Shown here piece after piece: positions 49,405 through 58,888 of a stretch of DNA of 64,000 nt (position 1 is its first letter; each line of letters starts with the position of its first letter). This stretch comes from Candidatus Burarchaeum sp. GTDB lineage: Archaea; Micrarchaeota; Micrarchaeia; Burarchaeales; Burarchaeaceae. The translations under genes and the position numbers were made by a program. The stretch spans positions 9,340 to 73,339 of the forward strand of contig JAUSNF010000021.1 of assembly GCA_030646255.1 (NCBI GenBank), in the 5' to 3' direction. Under the pieces are notes generated by a model. That model worked only from the letters and a program-made list of their open reading frames with translations, had not been told where the DNA came from and ran no database searches.

Positions 49405-50202
49405 ATGACAATAAACATACTTGACGAGATAAAGCGCGACTATGTGCGCGACCTTGCGATGCACGGCGGCAGGACCGACGGCAGGGCAATGGATGCGTTC
49501 AGGCCCATAAGCGTCGAGCCAGGCGTGATAACCTCAGCCGAGGGCTCTGCGCGCGTGAAGCTCGGGAAGAGCCAGGTGATAGCCGGCATCAAGCTGGGCG
49601 TCGGCTCGCCATTCCCGGACAGGCCCAAAGAGGGCGTTCTCTCAACTAATGCCGAATTCCTGCCCCTGGCCTCGCCTTCCTTTGAGTCAGGCCCGCCCAG
49701 CGAGCTGTCCATAGAGCTCGCGCGCGTGGTGGACCGCGGCATAAGGAGCGCGAATGCAGTTGACATTGCATCCCTCCTCATCGACGAGGACACTGAGGGC
49801 AAGTCCAAGGTCTGGGCAGTCTACATCGACCTCTACGTGCTTGACCACGACGGCAACCTGCAGGATGCGGCCGGCCTTGCGGCCATGTCTGCAATACTGA
49901 ACGTGCAGATGCCCAAGTACGAGGACGGCAAGCTGACGCTCGAGGAAAAGACCGGCCCGCTGCCCTCGCAGGCAACCGCAGTCTCATGCACCTTCGGCAA
50001 GATAGGAAACGCGATTCTGGTGGACCCCTCCTATGAAGAGGAGGTGAGCCTTGACGCACGCATAACAATGGCCACCATACCGGGCCACATATGCGCGTGC
50101 CAGAAGACGGGCATGGGCTCTTTCAAGCTGGAGGAAATCGACAGCTGCATGCAGATAGCCCTGAAGAAGGGCGATGAGCTGAGGGCGCTGTTAAAGCAGT
50201 AG
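49405..50202 (+). CDS. rrp42: Exosome subunit Rrp42
   Basis: RNase PH-like; the track start at 49366 overlaps rrp41, the internal ATG at 49405 is preferred. Confidence 0.85.
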   Translation: MTINILDEIKRDYVRDLAMHGGRTDGRAMDAFRPISVEPGVITSAEGSARVKLGKSQVIAGIKLGVGSPFPDRPKEGVLSTNAEFLPLASPSFESGPPSELSIELARVVDRGIRSANAVDIASLLIDEDTEGKSKVWAVYIDLYVLDHDGNLQDAAGLAAMSAILNVQMPKYEDGKLTLEEKTGPLPSQATAVSCTFGKIGNAILVDPSYEEEVSLDARITMATIPGHICACQKTGMGSFKLEEIDSCMQIALKKGDELRALLKQ

Positions 50203-50240
50203 CTGAATGGCTCAGACTCGCAATAAAAACGAATAAAAAT

Positions 50241-50570
50241 GTGCGCAGGCACAAGAGTGCCACAAAATCTGCACAAAACGGAGCGATTGATATGGTAAAA
50301 GCATCGGTAAGGGGCGGCGCAGAGATGCGCAAGCTCGCTGCCAACATTGACAAGCAGAAGCGCGCCAGCTACCCGTGCCCATCATGCGGCAAGGCGGCTG
50401 TCAGGCGCATATCTAATGCAGTTTGGAAATGCAGGTCCTGCAGCGCGACTTTTGCAGGCGGAGCCTACAACCTCTCAACGCCCATGGGCGGAGTTGGCAA
50501 CAAGGCTCTGGACGTAATTTCTGCCCAGCAGAAGAGCAGTAACTTGAAGTCAGGTGGAAAAAGCGGCTAG
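50241..50570 (+). CDS. rpl37ae: Ribosomal protein L37ae
   Basis: C4 zinc ribbon CPSCG...CRSC; the true start is probably the internal MVKAS. Confidence 0.85.
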   Translation: MRRHKSATKSAQNGAIDMVKASVRGGAEMRKLAANIDKQKRASYPCPSCGKAAVRRISNAVWKCRSCSATFAGGAYNLSTPMGGVGNKALDVISAQQKSSNLKSGGKSG

Positions 50571-50584
50571 GTGGAGGCGAAACT

Positions 50585-50716
50585 ATGTATACTTGCTGGA
50601 AATGCAAAGAGTCCATAAAGGAACTCGACCAAGCCTTCATCCGATGCCCTAAGTGCGGCTCGCGCGTGCTCTTCAAGGAGCGCCAGCCCGTTACGCGGGA
50701 CATCAAGACTGATTAA
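50585..50716 (+). CDS. rpoP: RNA polymerase subunit P (Rpb12)
   Basis: 43 aa MYTCWKCKES...CPKCGSRVLFKERQ; shorter than the track cutoff, found manually. Confidence 0.75.
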   Translation: MYTCWKCKESIKELDQAFIRCPKCGSRVLFKERQPVTRDIKTD

Positions 50717-50725
50717 GGTTAAGGT

Positions 50726-50977
50726 ATGGCCACAAAAGCCGACTGCACACTTACAGTCCATTTTGAGAGCGCAAAGGAGGCGCAGCAGGCGGGCCTCATA
50801 CTCAAGCGCGAGACAACATTCAGGAAGCGCGGGAGCGCAGAGGTAAGGATAAAAAACCGTTCTATTACAATAGTCATCCAGGCCGATGACATAGTGGCGA
50901 TGAGGGCAACGCTCAACACATACCTGCGGCATCTACAGGTCGTGGGCGCGGTGTCCGATGTCGCCGGAAACGGGTGA
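50726..50977 (+). CDS. pcc1: KEOPS subunit Pcc1-like
   Basis: ...IQADDIVAMRATLNTYLRHL matches the Pcc1 ATDxxALRAxxNSYLRW pattern; position. Confidence 0.55.
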   Translation: MATKADCTLTVHFESAKEAQQAGLILKRETTFRKRGSAEVRIKNRSITIVIQADDIVAMRATLNTYLRHLQVVGAVSDVAGNG

Positions 50978-51327
50978 TATTCATGGCGCAGACGGGAATT
51001 GAAGGAATGGAAAAAGAGCTTGCCGAGTACCAGTCGCTCCAGACCCAGCTCCAGTACATGCTTTTCCAGAAGCAGCAGTACAAGATGCAGCTCGACGACG
51101 CCGACATGGCGCTGGGCGAGCTCGCGAAGGCCGAGGGCGATGTTTACAAGAACGCCGGCCTGCTAATGATTAAATCGAACAAGGATGACGCACTGAAGGA
51201 CCTCAAGGAGAAGAAGGAATTCATAAGCGTGCGCATGAGTTCGCTTGCCAAGCAGGAAGAGGGCCTGCGCGAGCAGCTCGAGGGGCTCAAGGCAAAGCTT
51301 GAGGCTGCAATAAAGCGGAAAATCTGA
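50974..51327 (+). CDS. pfdB: Prefoldin beta subunit
   Basis: Coiled-coil / beta-hairpin / coiled-coil; sequence. Confidence 0.85.
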   Translation: MIFMAQTGIEGMEKELAEYQSLQTQLQYMLFQKQQYKMQLDDADMALGELAKAEGDVYKNAGLLMIKSNKDDALKDLKEKKEFISVRMSSLAKQEEGLREQLEGLKAKLEAAIKRKI

Positions 51328-51341
51328 GTGAGGGCGCGCTT

Positions 51342-52328
51342 ATGGCCGGCGACCTCCGATTCCTTGACTCTTTAAAAGGAAAGCGCGTAGTGCTGACCTT
51401 CCACTCGCTCGGCGACGTTGATGGCGTGGCCGCGGCCTTTGCGCTCAAAAACTACTTGGGCGAGCGCGCGCTCGTCGTGCCCGCTGACCGCGTAACTTCG
51501 CTCTCCGGAAAACTTCTTGCGCATGTCGGCTTCTCGCTCGACGAACTCCCACAGTCAGCCGCCTCGGCTTCCGCCGCTTCTCCCTCGGCTCGCGCTCCTT
51601 ATGATGCACTCGTCGTGCTCGACTGCAACTCGCGCATGCTCATGGGCCGTTTCTCTAATGAAAAACCCTATGCTGTAATAGACCATCACTCACTGCACAC
51701 CGACCCGCTCGGCTCTCGCAATGAGTTCATCAACCCCTCCTATTCCTCTGCATCTGAAATAGTCTACGAATTCTTACGCGAGCGCCAAGGGCAGAAGCCG
51801 CTTGACAGCCGCATCGCGCTTTTGCTGGCAGCCGGCATTGCAACAGACTCCGCGGGCTTCAGGAGCTCGCGCGAGAAGACTTTCACTTACATGGGCGAGC
51901 TTTTGGCGCAGGCACACACTGAATACGGCGACCTGCTCGAGCTTCTCGAAGTGCCACTCAACATCTCAGAGCGCGTGGAGCTGCTTCGAGCCTGCCAGCA
52001 AGCCAAAGTGGAACGAAAGGGCAACTTCCTTCTTGCAACCTCGCTCGTGAAATCCTATGAAGCTGCGGCAGCCGATGCGCTCATTGCGCTCGGTGCCGAC
52101 GTCGCATTCGTGGGCTACGCAGGCGATGATGCGCGCATCTCCGGCCGCACCACGCTGCACCTCGCGCACACCATCCAACTTACCGAAATAATGGCGCGCG
52201 CAGGCAAGCTTTTGGGCGGGAGCGGCGGAGGCCACCCTGCAGCAGCAGGCGCCACAGGGCCGAAGAAGTCAAAGCTCAAGCAGGCGCTCGCCCTCTGCTC
52301 AAAGCTCGCGCTTGAGAGATTGGGCTGA
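51342..52328 (+). CDS. DHH/DHHA1 phosphoesterase (NrnA/RecJ-like)
   Basis: VIDHHSL and GGGHPAAAG. Confidence 0.75.
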   Translation: MAGDLRFLDSLKGKRVVLTFHSLGDVDGVAAAFALKNYLGERALVVPADRVTSLSGKLLAHVGFSLDELPQSAASASAASPSARAPYDALVVLDCNSRMLMGRFSNEKPYAVIDHHSLHTDPLGSRNEFINPSYSSASEIVYEFLRERQGQKPLDSRIALLLAAGIATDSAGFRSSREKTFTYMGELLAQAHTEYGDLLELLEVPLNISERVELLRACQQAKVERKGNFLLATSLVKSYEAAAADALIALGADVAFVGYAGDDARISGRTTLHLAHTIQLTEIMARAGKLLGGSGGGHPAAAGATGPKKSKLKQALALCSKLALERLG

Positions 52329-52393
52329 AACAGTAGCCAAACTCGCCGAAGACATTCAAAAACATATAAATAGGGTAAAGCTCAAATGCAACC

Positions 52394-52780
52394 ATGGCCA
52401 GCGAGTGGTTTTACGGTTTGCTTGTCTTGCTATTGGGTGTTGGACTCATGTACGGCGTCTACCATGCGCTCACCTCTGCTGACACAATACGGCAGGCTTC
52501 CAACTCGCTTCCCTCTTCGCAGTACTCTTCTTCCCCTTCACAAACAGCATCTTCCCAGCCCGTGTGCACCGAAGGCTCCAAAGAATCTTGCATTTTAGCC
52601 AACGGCTGCGATGGCAAGAAAGTCTGTTTCCAGGGCGAATGGACCAGCTGCATTGCGCCCAGGCAGGCCTGCACACCAGGCTCAAAACTAGGGTGCGCAT
52701 TTACAGATGAAAACGGCTGCGGCGTGGGTGAAAAAACCTGCAACGAATGCGGCACAGGCTGGAGTGGCTGTTCTCCATGA
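52394..52780 (+). CDS. Small N-terminally anchored Cys-rich protein, first gene of the pilin-like operon
   Basis: One TM helix, Ser-rich linker, 12 Cys in ~65 aa; stop overlaps the next start (ATGA). Confidence 0.5.
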   Translation: MASEWFYGLLVLLLGVGLMYGVYHALTSADTIRQASNSLPSSQYSSSPSQTASSQPVCTEGSKESCILANGCDGKKVCFQGEWTSCIAPRQACTPGSKLGCAFTDENGCGVGEKTCNECGTGWSGCSP

Positions 52781-53556
52781 GCTCGAAAAAAGGTTTCGTA
52801 TTCACCGTAGATGCCTTCGTAGCCCTCACGCTAGTCGTGCTCGTAATCTTCGTAATAGTCTACCAGCTCAACATACCATCAGCCTTCTTCCCTCAGCAGT
52901 CCCAGACCTACAACTACGCGCGCGACGTCGTGAGCACGCTGAGCACGCTGACAATAAAGAACCTTAAAGATAATAACGATAAGCTCGGCGATCCTCTATA
53001 TGATATGCTGTTGGATTCGGGCTATGCATACGTTCTCGACATCAATGGCGATCCAATACCCTACCTTCCAATCACAACTGAAGACGATCACACCGTTCTT
53101 GAACAGATAGCAAAGGAAGCCCGAATTACTGACAGGAAAGAGGTAGCTAGGCTTATTGCAGTGAATCTCCTTGCTTCCGATGCTGACAACGATTCGACGA
53201 CCTCTGGCAAGCCGATGATTCCTGAGCAGTTCGGAGTTAAGATTAGCATCGAAGGTTATCCGGACGCGGACGTGATAGTACGCGACAAGCCGTTCACAAA
53301 AATCCAGTCTTCCGCTAGCTATGTGTTGATGGGCTACACTGCAAGCCGAGACCCCCGCGTCCCGCGCTATGATTATCCTTCCTATGTTCCGGAAAACAGA
53401 AAATACTGCTCAGACGGAACTTCAGACGGCGCACCTGGAGATATTGACAGCAACCAACCTGCGCTTCCCTGTGCTGTCTTTTTCCAAGACACCAATTATG
53501 AACCAGGGGCAATAACCGAGACGCCACTCATTGTGCGCGTCAGCGTATGGACGTGA
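52777..53556 (+). CDS. Class III signal peptide (type IV pilin-like) protein
   Basis: MSSKKG|FVFTVDAFVALTLVVLVIFVIV: KG cleavage motif plus long hydrophobic helix. Confidence 0.6.
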   Translation: MSSKKGFVFTVDAFVALTLVVLVIFVIVYQLNIPSAFFPQQSQTYNYARDVVSTLSTLTIKNLKDNNDKLGDPLYDMLLDSGYAYVLDINGDPIPYLPITTEDDHTVLEQIAKEARITDRKEVARLIAVNLLASDADNDSTTSGKPMIPEQFGVKISIEGYPDADVIVRDKPFTKIQSSASYVLMGYTASRDPRVPRYDYPSYVPENRKYCSDGTSDGAPGDIDSNQPALPCAVFFQDTNYEPGAITETPLIVRVSVWT

Positions 53557-55430
53557 ACTTCATGATTTTCCACAAATCCCACAAAGCATTCTTCTTCACA
53601 GGCGCAGTGGCCATTCTGCTCGTGCTGCTCATAGCCTCAACCATGACCTGGGTCGCAGTCTCGAACGCGCGCTCCGAGCGCGCGCCGCTCATTACGCAGG
53701 GCCAGCAGGTTCAGAACATGGTGCAGAGCGTCATGGGCTACCAGCGCGCGCTGCAGGTTTCATCGGAAACGGCGTTTTATCAGACCAACCTGCACATGCG
53801 CGCGCAAATTACAGTTCCGAATCCATCAGGCGGCATGACTGCATTAGATGCAAAAAACGAAAGGTATACGTGCATCTATCCTGACATTAGCCCTACTCCT
53901 GATCCGCTATGCGACATAGCCCATTCCAATGATCCGATTTACACGGGAGTAAGAAATAATGTAATCAAGTACTTCTTCTGCGACACATTGGCAACCTATG
54001 CGCAGGGCTGGAGATCCGGGATAAGGAAGCTCGGCAATGAGATGGGGCTTGACGTGTTTATCACTGAAGACCCGGATGCGGAAGAGGTCTGCAAGCTCTC
54101 AATGTCTAATTACAGGACTGTGAAAGTGGAATACAAAGGAACCTACGAAATAAGAGACAAGGCAACCGGCCAGCTGCTTGCCAGCGGCAAGCTGCCCGGC
54201 GAGGCCTACGTGGACATAAACGGCTACGAGGACCCTGCCATATGGGACCGGGCCCGCAAGGATCCGGCTGCGTTCACCGGCGGTCCTATAAGGAACATAT
54301 ACTTCAGCGGCGAGGTCGGGACCAAGCCTACTGTCGGGACCTCGCCTGACGTCCTCAAGCCCGATCCAAAGGTGATTGGCATGCGCGGCAAGGGCTGGTT
54401 CTACGGCAAGACCATCTCTGATACGTTCGACTCAGTCTCCAATCCCGAATGCGTGGACGCTTCAGATCCCAACCCGACGAACCTCAAGAAATGCATAGTC
54501 GTCATATTTGCAGTTTCCTTCTCGGATCCCAATGTCGTCTCGGACCTTAATGCAAACTACGGCGGTGTAATCCTGCTGAACGTGCCGGAGGAAGTTGTAA
54601 GCGACGTTGACTGCGACGGCAACTTAATACCTGATTACGAACTTCATGAGGAAACGGAATACTGCCTTGACTGCCTAACGTACTTGAAGAAGATTGGTAC
54701 TGACGAAATTACAACAAACCCTCTGGACTGCCCCTTCGGGGTGCCCCAACCTCCGCTACCAAACATCCTGGGCCCGAACGGCCTTAACCAGGTTTCGATC
54801 CCGTTCATAGCAGCAGATTACACAGATCCATCCATCAAGGCTTTCGTGGACGATCCAGCAAACCGTTGGAAGCACTACTTCATAGGTTCTAAGAACTGGA
54901 GCAACACAATAGGCATCTCTGAAGTTCACAATATTTGGGACATCGAGAAGCTCAGGGCAACTGCGGTGTGCGGATTCTATATGAATATGAGCGGCTATGT
55001 GGACGTGAACAACCAGCCCATCCCAGATGCGCCGGACTTCCTACAGCGCATGACCATAAGCGGCGACAGCCAGACTTCGCCCAACGGAATCGAAAGCTTC
55101 CTGGTTGGCGTGGGCGTGAATGACATATGGAATGAGGGCGTTCTAATAACCGGCGTCTCGGGAATCTATTCCAACGCGGACCACGCATATCTAGAGCAAC
55201 TCGGTCCTCCGAAAGCCTCACCCGATACCTTCAGGATGAAGGGCATGCCCGGATGCCGCGAGCTGGATCAGTGCTCTTACCTTACGCCAGCGGGCCAGAG
55301 CTCGCCCGTAGGCCACTTTGCAATTGATTACACAGACCACTTGCTCTATGATCCTTTCAACATCTTGCAATGCAATCCCGATTCTGCGACTTCAGGCTAT
55401 CATGCCTCCTGCGACGACACTGCAAACTAG
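53547..55430 (+). CDS. Large (627 aa) pilin-like protein, candidate adhesin/tip subunit
   Basis: N-terminal ...HKSHKA|FFFTGAVAILLVLLIAS; 10-nt overlap with the upstream gene; many Cys and Asn. Confidence 0.5.
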   Translation: MDVNFMIFHKSHKAFFFTGAVAILLVLLIASTMTWVAVSNARSERAPLITQGQQVQNMVQSVMGYQRALQVSSETAFYQTNLHMRAQITVPNPSGGMTALDAKNERYTCIYPDISPTPDPLCDIAHSNDPIYTGVRNNVIKYFFCDTLATYAQGWRSGIRKLGNEMGLDVFITEDPDAEEVCKLSMSNYRTVKVEYKGTYEIRDKATGQLLASGKLPGEAYVDINGYEDPAIWDRARKDPAAFTGGPIRNIYFSGEVGTKPTVGTSPDVLKPDPKVIGMRGKGWFYGKTISDTFDSVSNPECVDASDPNPTNLKKCIVVIFAVSFSDPNVVSDLNANYGGVILLNVPEEVVSDVDCDGNLIPDYELHEETEYCLDCLTYLKKIGTDEITTNPLDCPFGVPQPPLPNILGPNGLNQVSIPFIAADYTDPSIKAFVDDPANRWKHYFIGSKNWSNTIGISEVHNIWDIEKLRATAVCGFYMNMSGYVDVNNQPIPDAPDFLQRMTISGDSQTSPNGIESFLVGVGVNDIWNEGVLITGVSGIYSNADHAYLEQLGPPKASPDTFRMKGMPGCRELDQCSYLTPAGQSSPVGHFAIDYTDHLLYDPFNILQCNPDSATSGYHASCDDTAN

Positions 55431-55438
55431 CTGATATT

Positions 55439-55900
55439 ATGGACTCCCACCGCGCCCAGGCAAGCACCGAGCTCTTCGTGCTCGTAGCCTTCTTCCTAGT
55501 CTTTCTCATACCCATAGTCTTCCTGATGATGAACCTGTCGGGCGAGAAGGCGAACGAGGCGTCGCTGGCGCAGGCGCAGCAGCTGGGCAGGAGAATGACG
55601 GACCTTGCAGACCAGGTTTACATACAGGGCGGCGCGGCGCAAAAGGTGGAAGCGCTCTTCTTCCCGGCAAACATCATCAACCTGAATGTGGGCGGGGACG
55701 CGCCCGATAAGCACGAAATCGTGATAACGGTTTCAACCTACAACGGGGAGACTGACTTGGTGTTCATGACTACTGCACCGCTTTCAACGACTACGGACTG
55801 GACCGGCCAGCCCGACCTTTACCTGGGCGCCGGCATGAAAAAAGTAAGGGTTTACAATGAACCTGCCGATAATTCGGTGGCGATTGACTATGAGCCCTAG
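55439..55900 (+). CDS. Pilin-like protein
   Basis: MDSHRA|QASTELFVLVAFFLVFLIPIVFLMM with Q+1/E+5; the ATG at 55439 is preferred over the track start. Confidence 0.65.
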   Translation: MDSHRAQASTELFVLVAFFLVFLIPIVFLMMNLSGEKANEASLAQAQQLGRRMTDLADQVYIQGGAAQKVEALFFPANIINLNVGGDAPDKHEIVITVSTYNGETDLVFMTTAPLSTTTDWTGQPDLYLGAGMKKVRVYNEPADNSVAIDYEP

Positions 55901-56375
55901 GCTGAAGGCGCAGATGGCGCTTGAATTCCTTTTGCTAGTGTCCTTCTTCCTCCTAGTGCTCGTGATAGCCATGGGCTATTTCGCGAGCCTGCAGCAGACC
56001 GAGATGACTAACCGCGAGTATCTGCTCGGCAGGGAAGTTGCAGCCCGCATTGCGGACGAGGTTCACCTGGCGCTGGTGAGCGGGCCGGGCTATGAAAAGA
56101 CCATTAACCTGCCTCCGACAGTGGCAGGCTCGCCCTACGAGCTGCGCATAACGAACTCCGACCAGTTCGCAACAGCCTACGTGGAAATCAGCTGGACGCG
56201 GGGCGGCACAGACCTGGAATACGCCTTCCCGCTTGCGAGCAGGAGCGTTTACGGCGAGCTGAACGGACTGGGGGTATTTCCACCATTTGCTTTAGATGTT
56301 ACAATACCTTTAACTATAAAGAATGCTGATCTTACAGACAACCGAGTTGGTATAATTGTTTTCCACCAAGACTAA
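55890..56375 (+). CDS. Pilin-like protein
   Basis: MSPRLKA|QMALEFLLLVSFFLLVLVIAM with Q+1/E+5; start at the internal ATG 55890, overlapping the upstream gene by 11 nt. Confidence 0.65.
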   Translation: MSPRLKAQMALEFLLLVSFFLLVLVIAMGYFASLQQTEMTNREYLLGREVAARIADEVHLALVSGPGYEKTINLPPTVAGSPYELRITNSDQFATAYVEISWTRGGTDLEYAFPLASRSVYGELNGLGVFPPFALDVTIPLTIKNADLTDNRVGIIVFHQD

Positions 56376-57087
56376 AACCTCCAAAGGCCAGTTCTTCTCG
56401 CTAGACGTGATAGCGGGCTCGCTGATCTTCATGGTGGCCTTCTTCATCCTTGCCTTCTACTGGCTCAATGCGCAGGCAGGCATGGGCGATAAGACGGATG
56501 ATCTGCAAAGGGAATCCGAGCGCATTGCGGACCAGCTCATGGTGCCCAGCCAGTTTGAAAACATTGAATTTACCGATATGCAAACCGCACTCGGTCCCAT
56601 GTGCCCTAACTATCCCGATATAACGGATACATCGATAAAGCAGCCAGACGACCTCCTCCCTGTCAATTATGTCAGCATAATCAATTCCAAGTCAAGGGTA
56701 CTGCTCACGGCAATGGCATATCTCAACTACACGAGTGCCCTAACTGCGGGAGCAGGAAGCATCAGATTCTACGACTCAATAAAAGAAAAGCTGGGAATTC
56801 CCCGGTATGAGTATTATATTACGCTTGAAGATAGCAATGGGGACGTGCGTACGGATTGCGCAGATTTTGGATTCACGACTACGACCTGTTCTCCTAGCGG
56901 TCCGCCGCCAATGTTGAACTGCGTGGGAGGCGCGCCTCCGCCACCAAATGCCCGCGAAATTGCAAATGCAGAGCGCATAGCGCTGTTTAACCGATACCGG
57001 GGCGAATTTGATCCTGATGTTGCTGGCCAGCTGTACTTTGGAGCACCAGAACTGGTCAAGGTACGCGTTCAGGTGTGGCGTCCATAG
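56356..57087 (+). CDS. Pilin-like protein (TTG start)
   Basis: ...TSKG|QFFSLDVIAGSLIFMVAFFILAFYW; overlaps the upstream gene. Confidence 0.5.
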   Translation: MFSTKTKTSKGQFFSLDVIAGSLIFMVAFFILAFYWLNAQAGMGDKTDDLQRESERIADQLMVPSQFENIEFTDMQTALGPMCPNYPDITDTSIKQPDDLLPVNYVSIINSKSRVLLTAMAYLNYTSALTAGAGSIRFYDSIKEKLGIPRYEYYITLEDSNGDVRTDCADFGFTTTTCSPSGPPPMLNCVGGAPPPPNAREIANAERIALFNRYRGEFDPDVAGQLYFGAPELVKVRVQVWRP

Positions 57088-57120
57088 GCTCATATTAGGA
57101 AATATACGAGGTGTTTTGAA

Positions 57121-58224
57121 ATGATAATCGGAGTACCAAAAGAAATAAAGGACAACGAGAACCGCGTGGCGCTCACGCCCTCGGGCGCGTCCGAGCTCAA
57201 GCGCAGCGGGCACACCGTTCTCGTGCAGAAGGATGCCGGCGCAGGCAGCGGGTTTGCAGATGCGCATTACCTGAAGGCGGGTGCGCAGATTATCGACTCG
57301 CCCGCGGAAATTTTCGAGAAGGCCGAGATGATACTGAAGGTCAAGGAACCCCAGCCGCCCGAGCTCAAAATGCTCCGCGAGGGGCAAATACTTTTCACCT
57401 ACTTGCACCTGGCAGCAGAAAAGGCTGTTACAGATGCACTGCTTGAGCGGAAAGTCACGGGCATAGCCTACGAAACAGTGTCGGAGAACGGCTTCCTGCC
57501 CCTCTTGGCGCCCATGAGCGAGGTAGCGGGCCGCATGTCCTGCCTGGTTGCAGGCTATTACCTGCAAAAGCCGCATGGCGGAAAGGGCGTGCTAATGTCG
57601 GGCGTGCCGGGCACAAAGCCTGCAAAGGTGCTCATAGTGGGCGGTGGCTTTGTGGGCATGAATGCCGCAACTGTAGCCTATGGCATGGGCGCGGACGTTA
57701 CAATACTTGAGAAGGGCATACCAAGAATACGTGTGCTCAAGGACCTTCTTCCAAAGGCCACAATATTAGTGTCAAACCATGCAGTGCTCGAGGACGAAAT
57801 TAAGACCGCAGACGCGGTAATAGGCGCAGTGCTCGTGCCCGGCGCAAAGGCGCCCAAGCTCATAACAAAGGAAATGGTGGCGAGCATGCAGCCAGGTTCA
57901 GTCATAGTGGATGTTGCGATAGACCAGGGCGGATGCACAGAGACATCACGGCCAACTACTCACTCAAAGCCGGTTTACACCGAGAACGGCGTAATACACT
58001 ACTGCGTGACCAACATGCCCGGCGCATACCCGCGCACCTCGACGATAGCATTAACAAACGCAACCCTGCCCTATGCGCTCCTTCTCGCAAAAAGTGGCAC
58101 AGCCGCAATTAAGACAAACGTGCCGCTCAAGCTCGGCCTGAACACGTACAAGGGCAAGCTCACGTGCGAAGGCGTTGCGGAAGCATTTGGCATGGAGTAC
58201 GTGAACCCGGACAAATTACTTTGA
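57121..58224 (+). CDS. ald: Alanine dehydrogenase
   Basis: AlaDH/PNT N- and C-domains; NAD motif VLIVGGGFVG. Confidence 0.9.
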   Translation: MIIGVPKEIKDNENRVALTPSGASELKRSGHTVLVQKDAGAGSGFADAHYLKAGAQIIDSPAEIFEKAEMILKVKEPQPPELKMLREGQILFTYLHLAAEKAVTDALLERKVTGIAYETVSENGFLPLLAPMSEVAGRMSCLVAGYYLQKPHGGKGVLMSGVPGTKPAKVLIVGGGFVGMNAATVAYGMGADVTILEKGIPRIRVLKDLLPKATILVSNHAVLEDEIKTADAVIGAVLVPGAKAPKLITKEMVASMQPGSVIVDVAIDQGGCTETSRPTTHSKPVYTENGVIHYCVTNMPGAYPRTSTIALTNATLPYALLLAKSGTAAIKTNVPLKLGLNTYKGKLTCEGVAEAFGMEYVNPDKLL

Positions 58225-58872
58225 AACAGAAACCTCAACCTTCTTCACGCCCTTCAAGGCCTTCACATGCTCCTCCACTTCCTCCTTTATGTTCTCGGTG
58301 AACATCTCATCAGTGTTGCCAAGTGAAATCTCCACTTTGACTGCGCCCGCCTTCCCATCCACCTCAACATTCTTCACCATCTTCAGCCGCACTATGTTTA
58401 TGCCAATGTCAGGGTTAATCACACCCATCAGCTCATTCATCACATTCTCAGAAGTCAGCTCAGTCTCGCCTTCAGCACCAGCTTTAGCCAGCCCATGCTT
58501 CTGCTCGTAATCCCTTATGGCAGCCATCAACGTCTTGGCAGCCAGCACGGAGCAGTGCATCTTGACTGAAGGAAGGCCTCCCAGCTCGTCGGCAGCAGCA
58601 TTCCACTCGATCTTCTTGGCCTCCTCCAACTTCTTGCCCTTGGCCATTTCTGTAATTATGGACGCAGTCGCAATGTTAGAAGCGCACCCGTATGACTTGA
58701 ACTTTATGTCCTCAATCACGTGCGTCTTGGGATTGACCTTCAAATAGACGCTCACCATGTCGCCGCACGCAGGGCTGCCTTCAGTAGCCTCGGCATCAGC
58801 CCCTTCAATCTCGCCCATGTTCTTCGGGTGCAGGAAATACTCGAGCACCTTTTTCGTATATTTCAAAGCCAT
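58216..58872 (-). CDS. IscU/NifU-like scaffold fused to a DUF59 (MIP18/SufT-like) domain
   Basis: CGD...GCASN...HCS scaffold cysteines, then C-terminal INPDIGINIVRL. Confidence 0.7.
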   Translation of the reverse strand: MALKYTKKVLEYFLHPKNMGEIEGADAEATEGSPACGDMVSVYLKVNPKTHVIEDIKFKSYGCASNIATASIITEMAKGKKLEEAKKIEWNAAADELGGLPSVKMHCSVLAAKTLMAAIRDYEQKHGLAKAGAEGETELTSENVMNELMGVINPDIGINIVRLKMVKNVEVDGKAGAVKVEISLGNTDEMFTENIKEEVEEHVKALKGVKKVEVSVSK

Positions 58873-58888
58873 TTTTTCGCCTCTTTTC

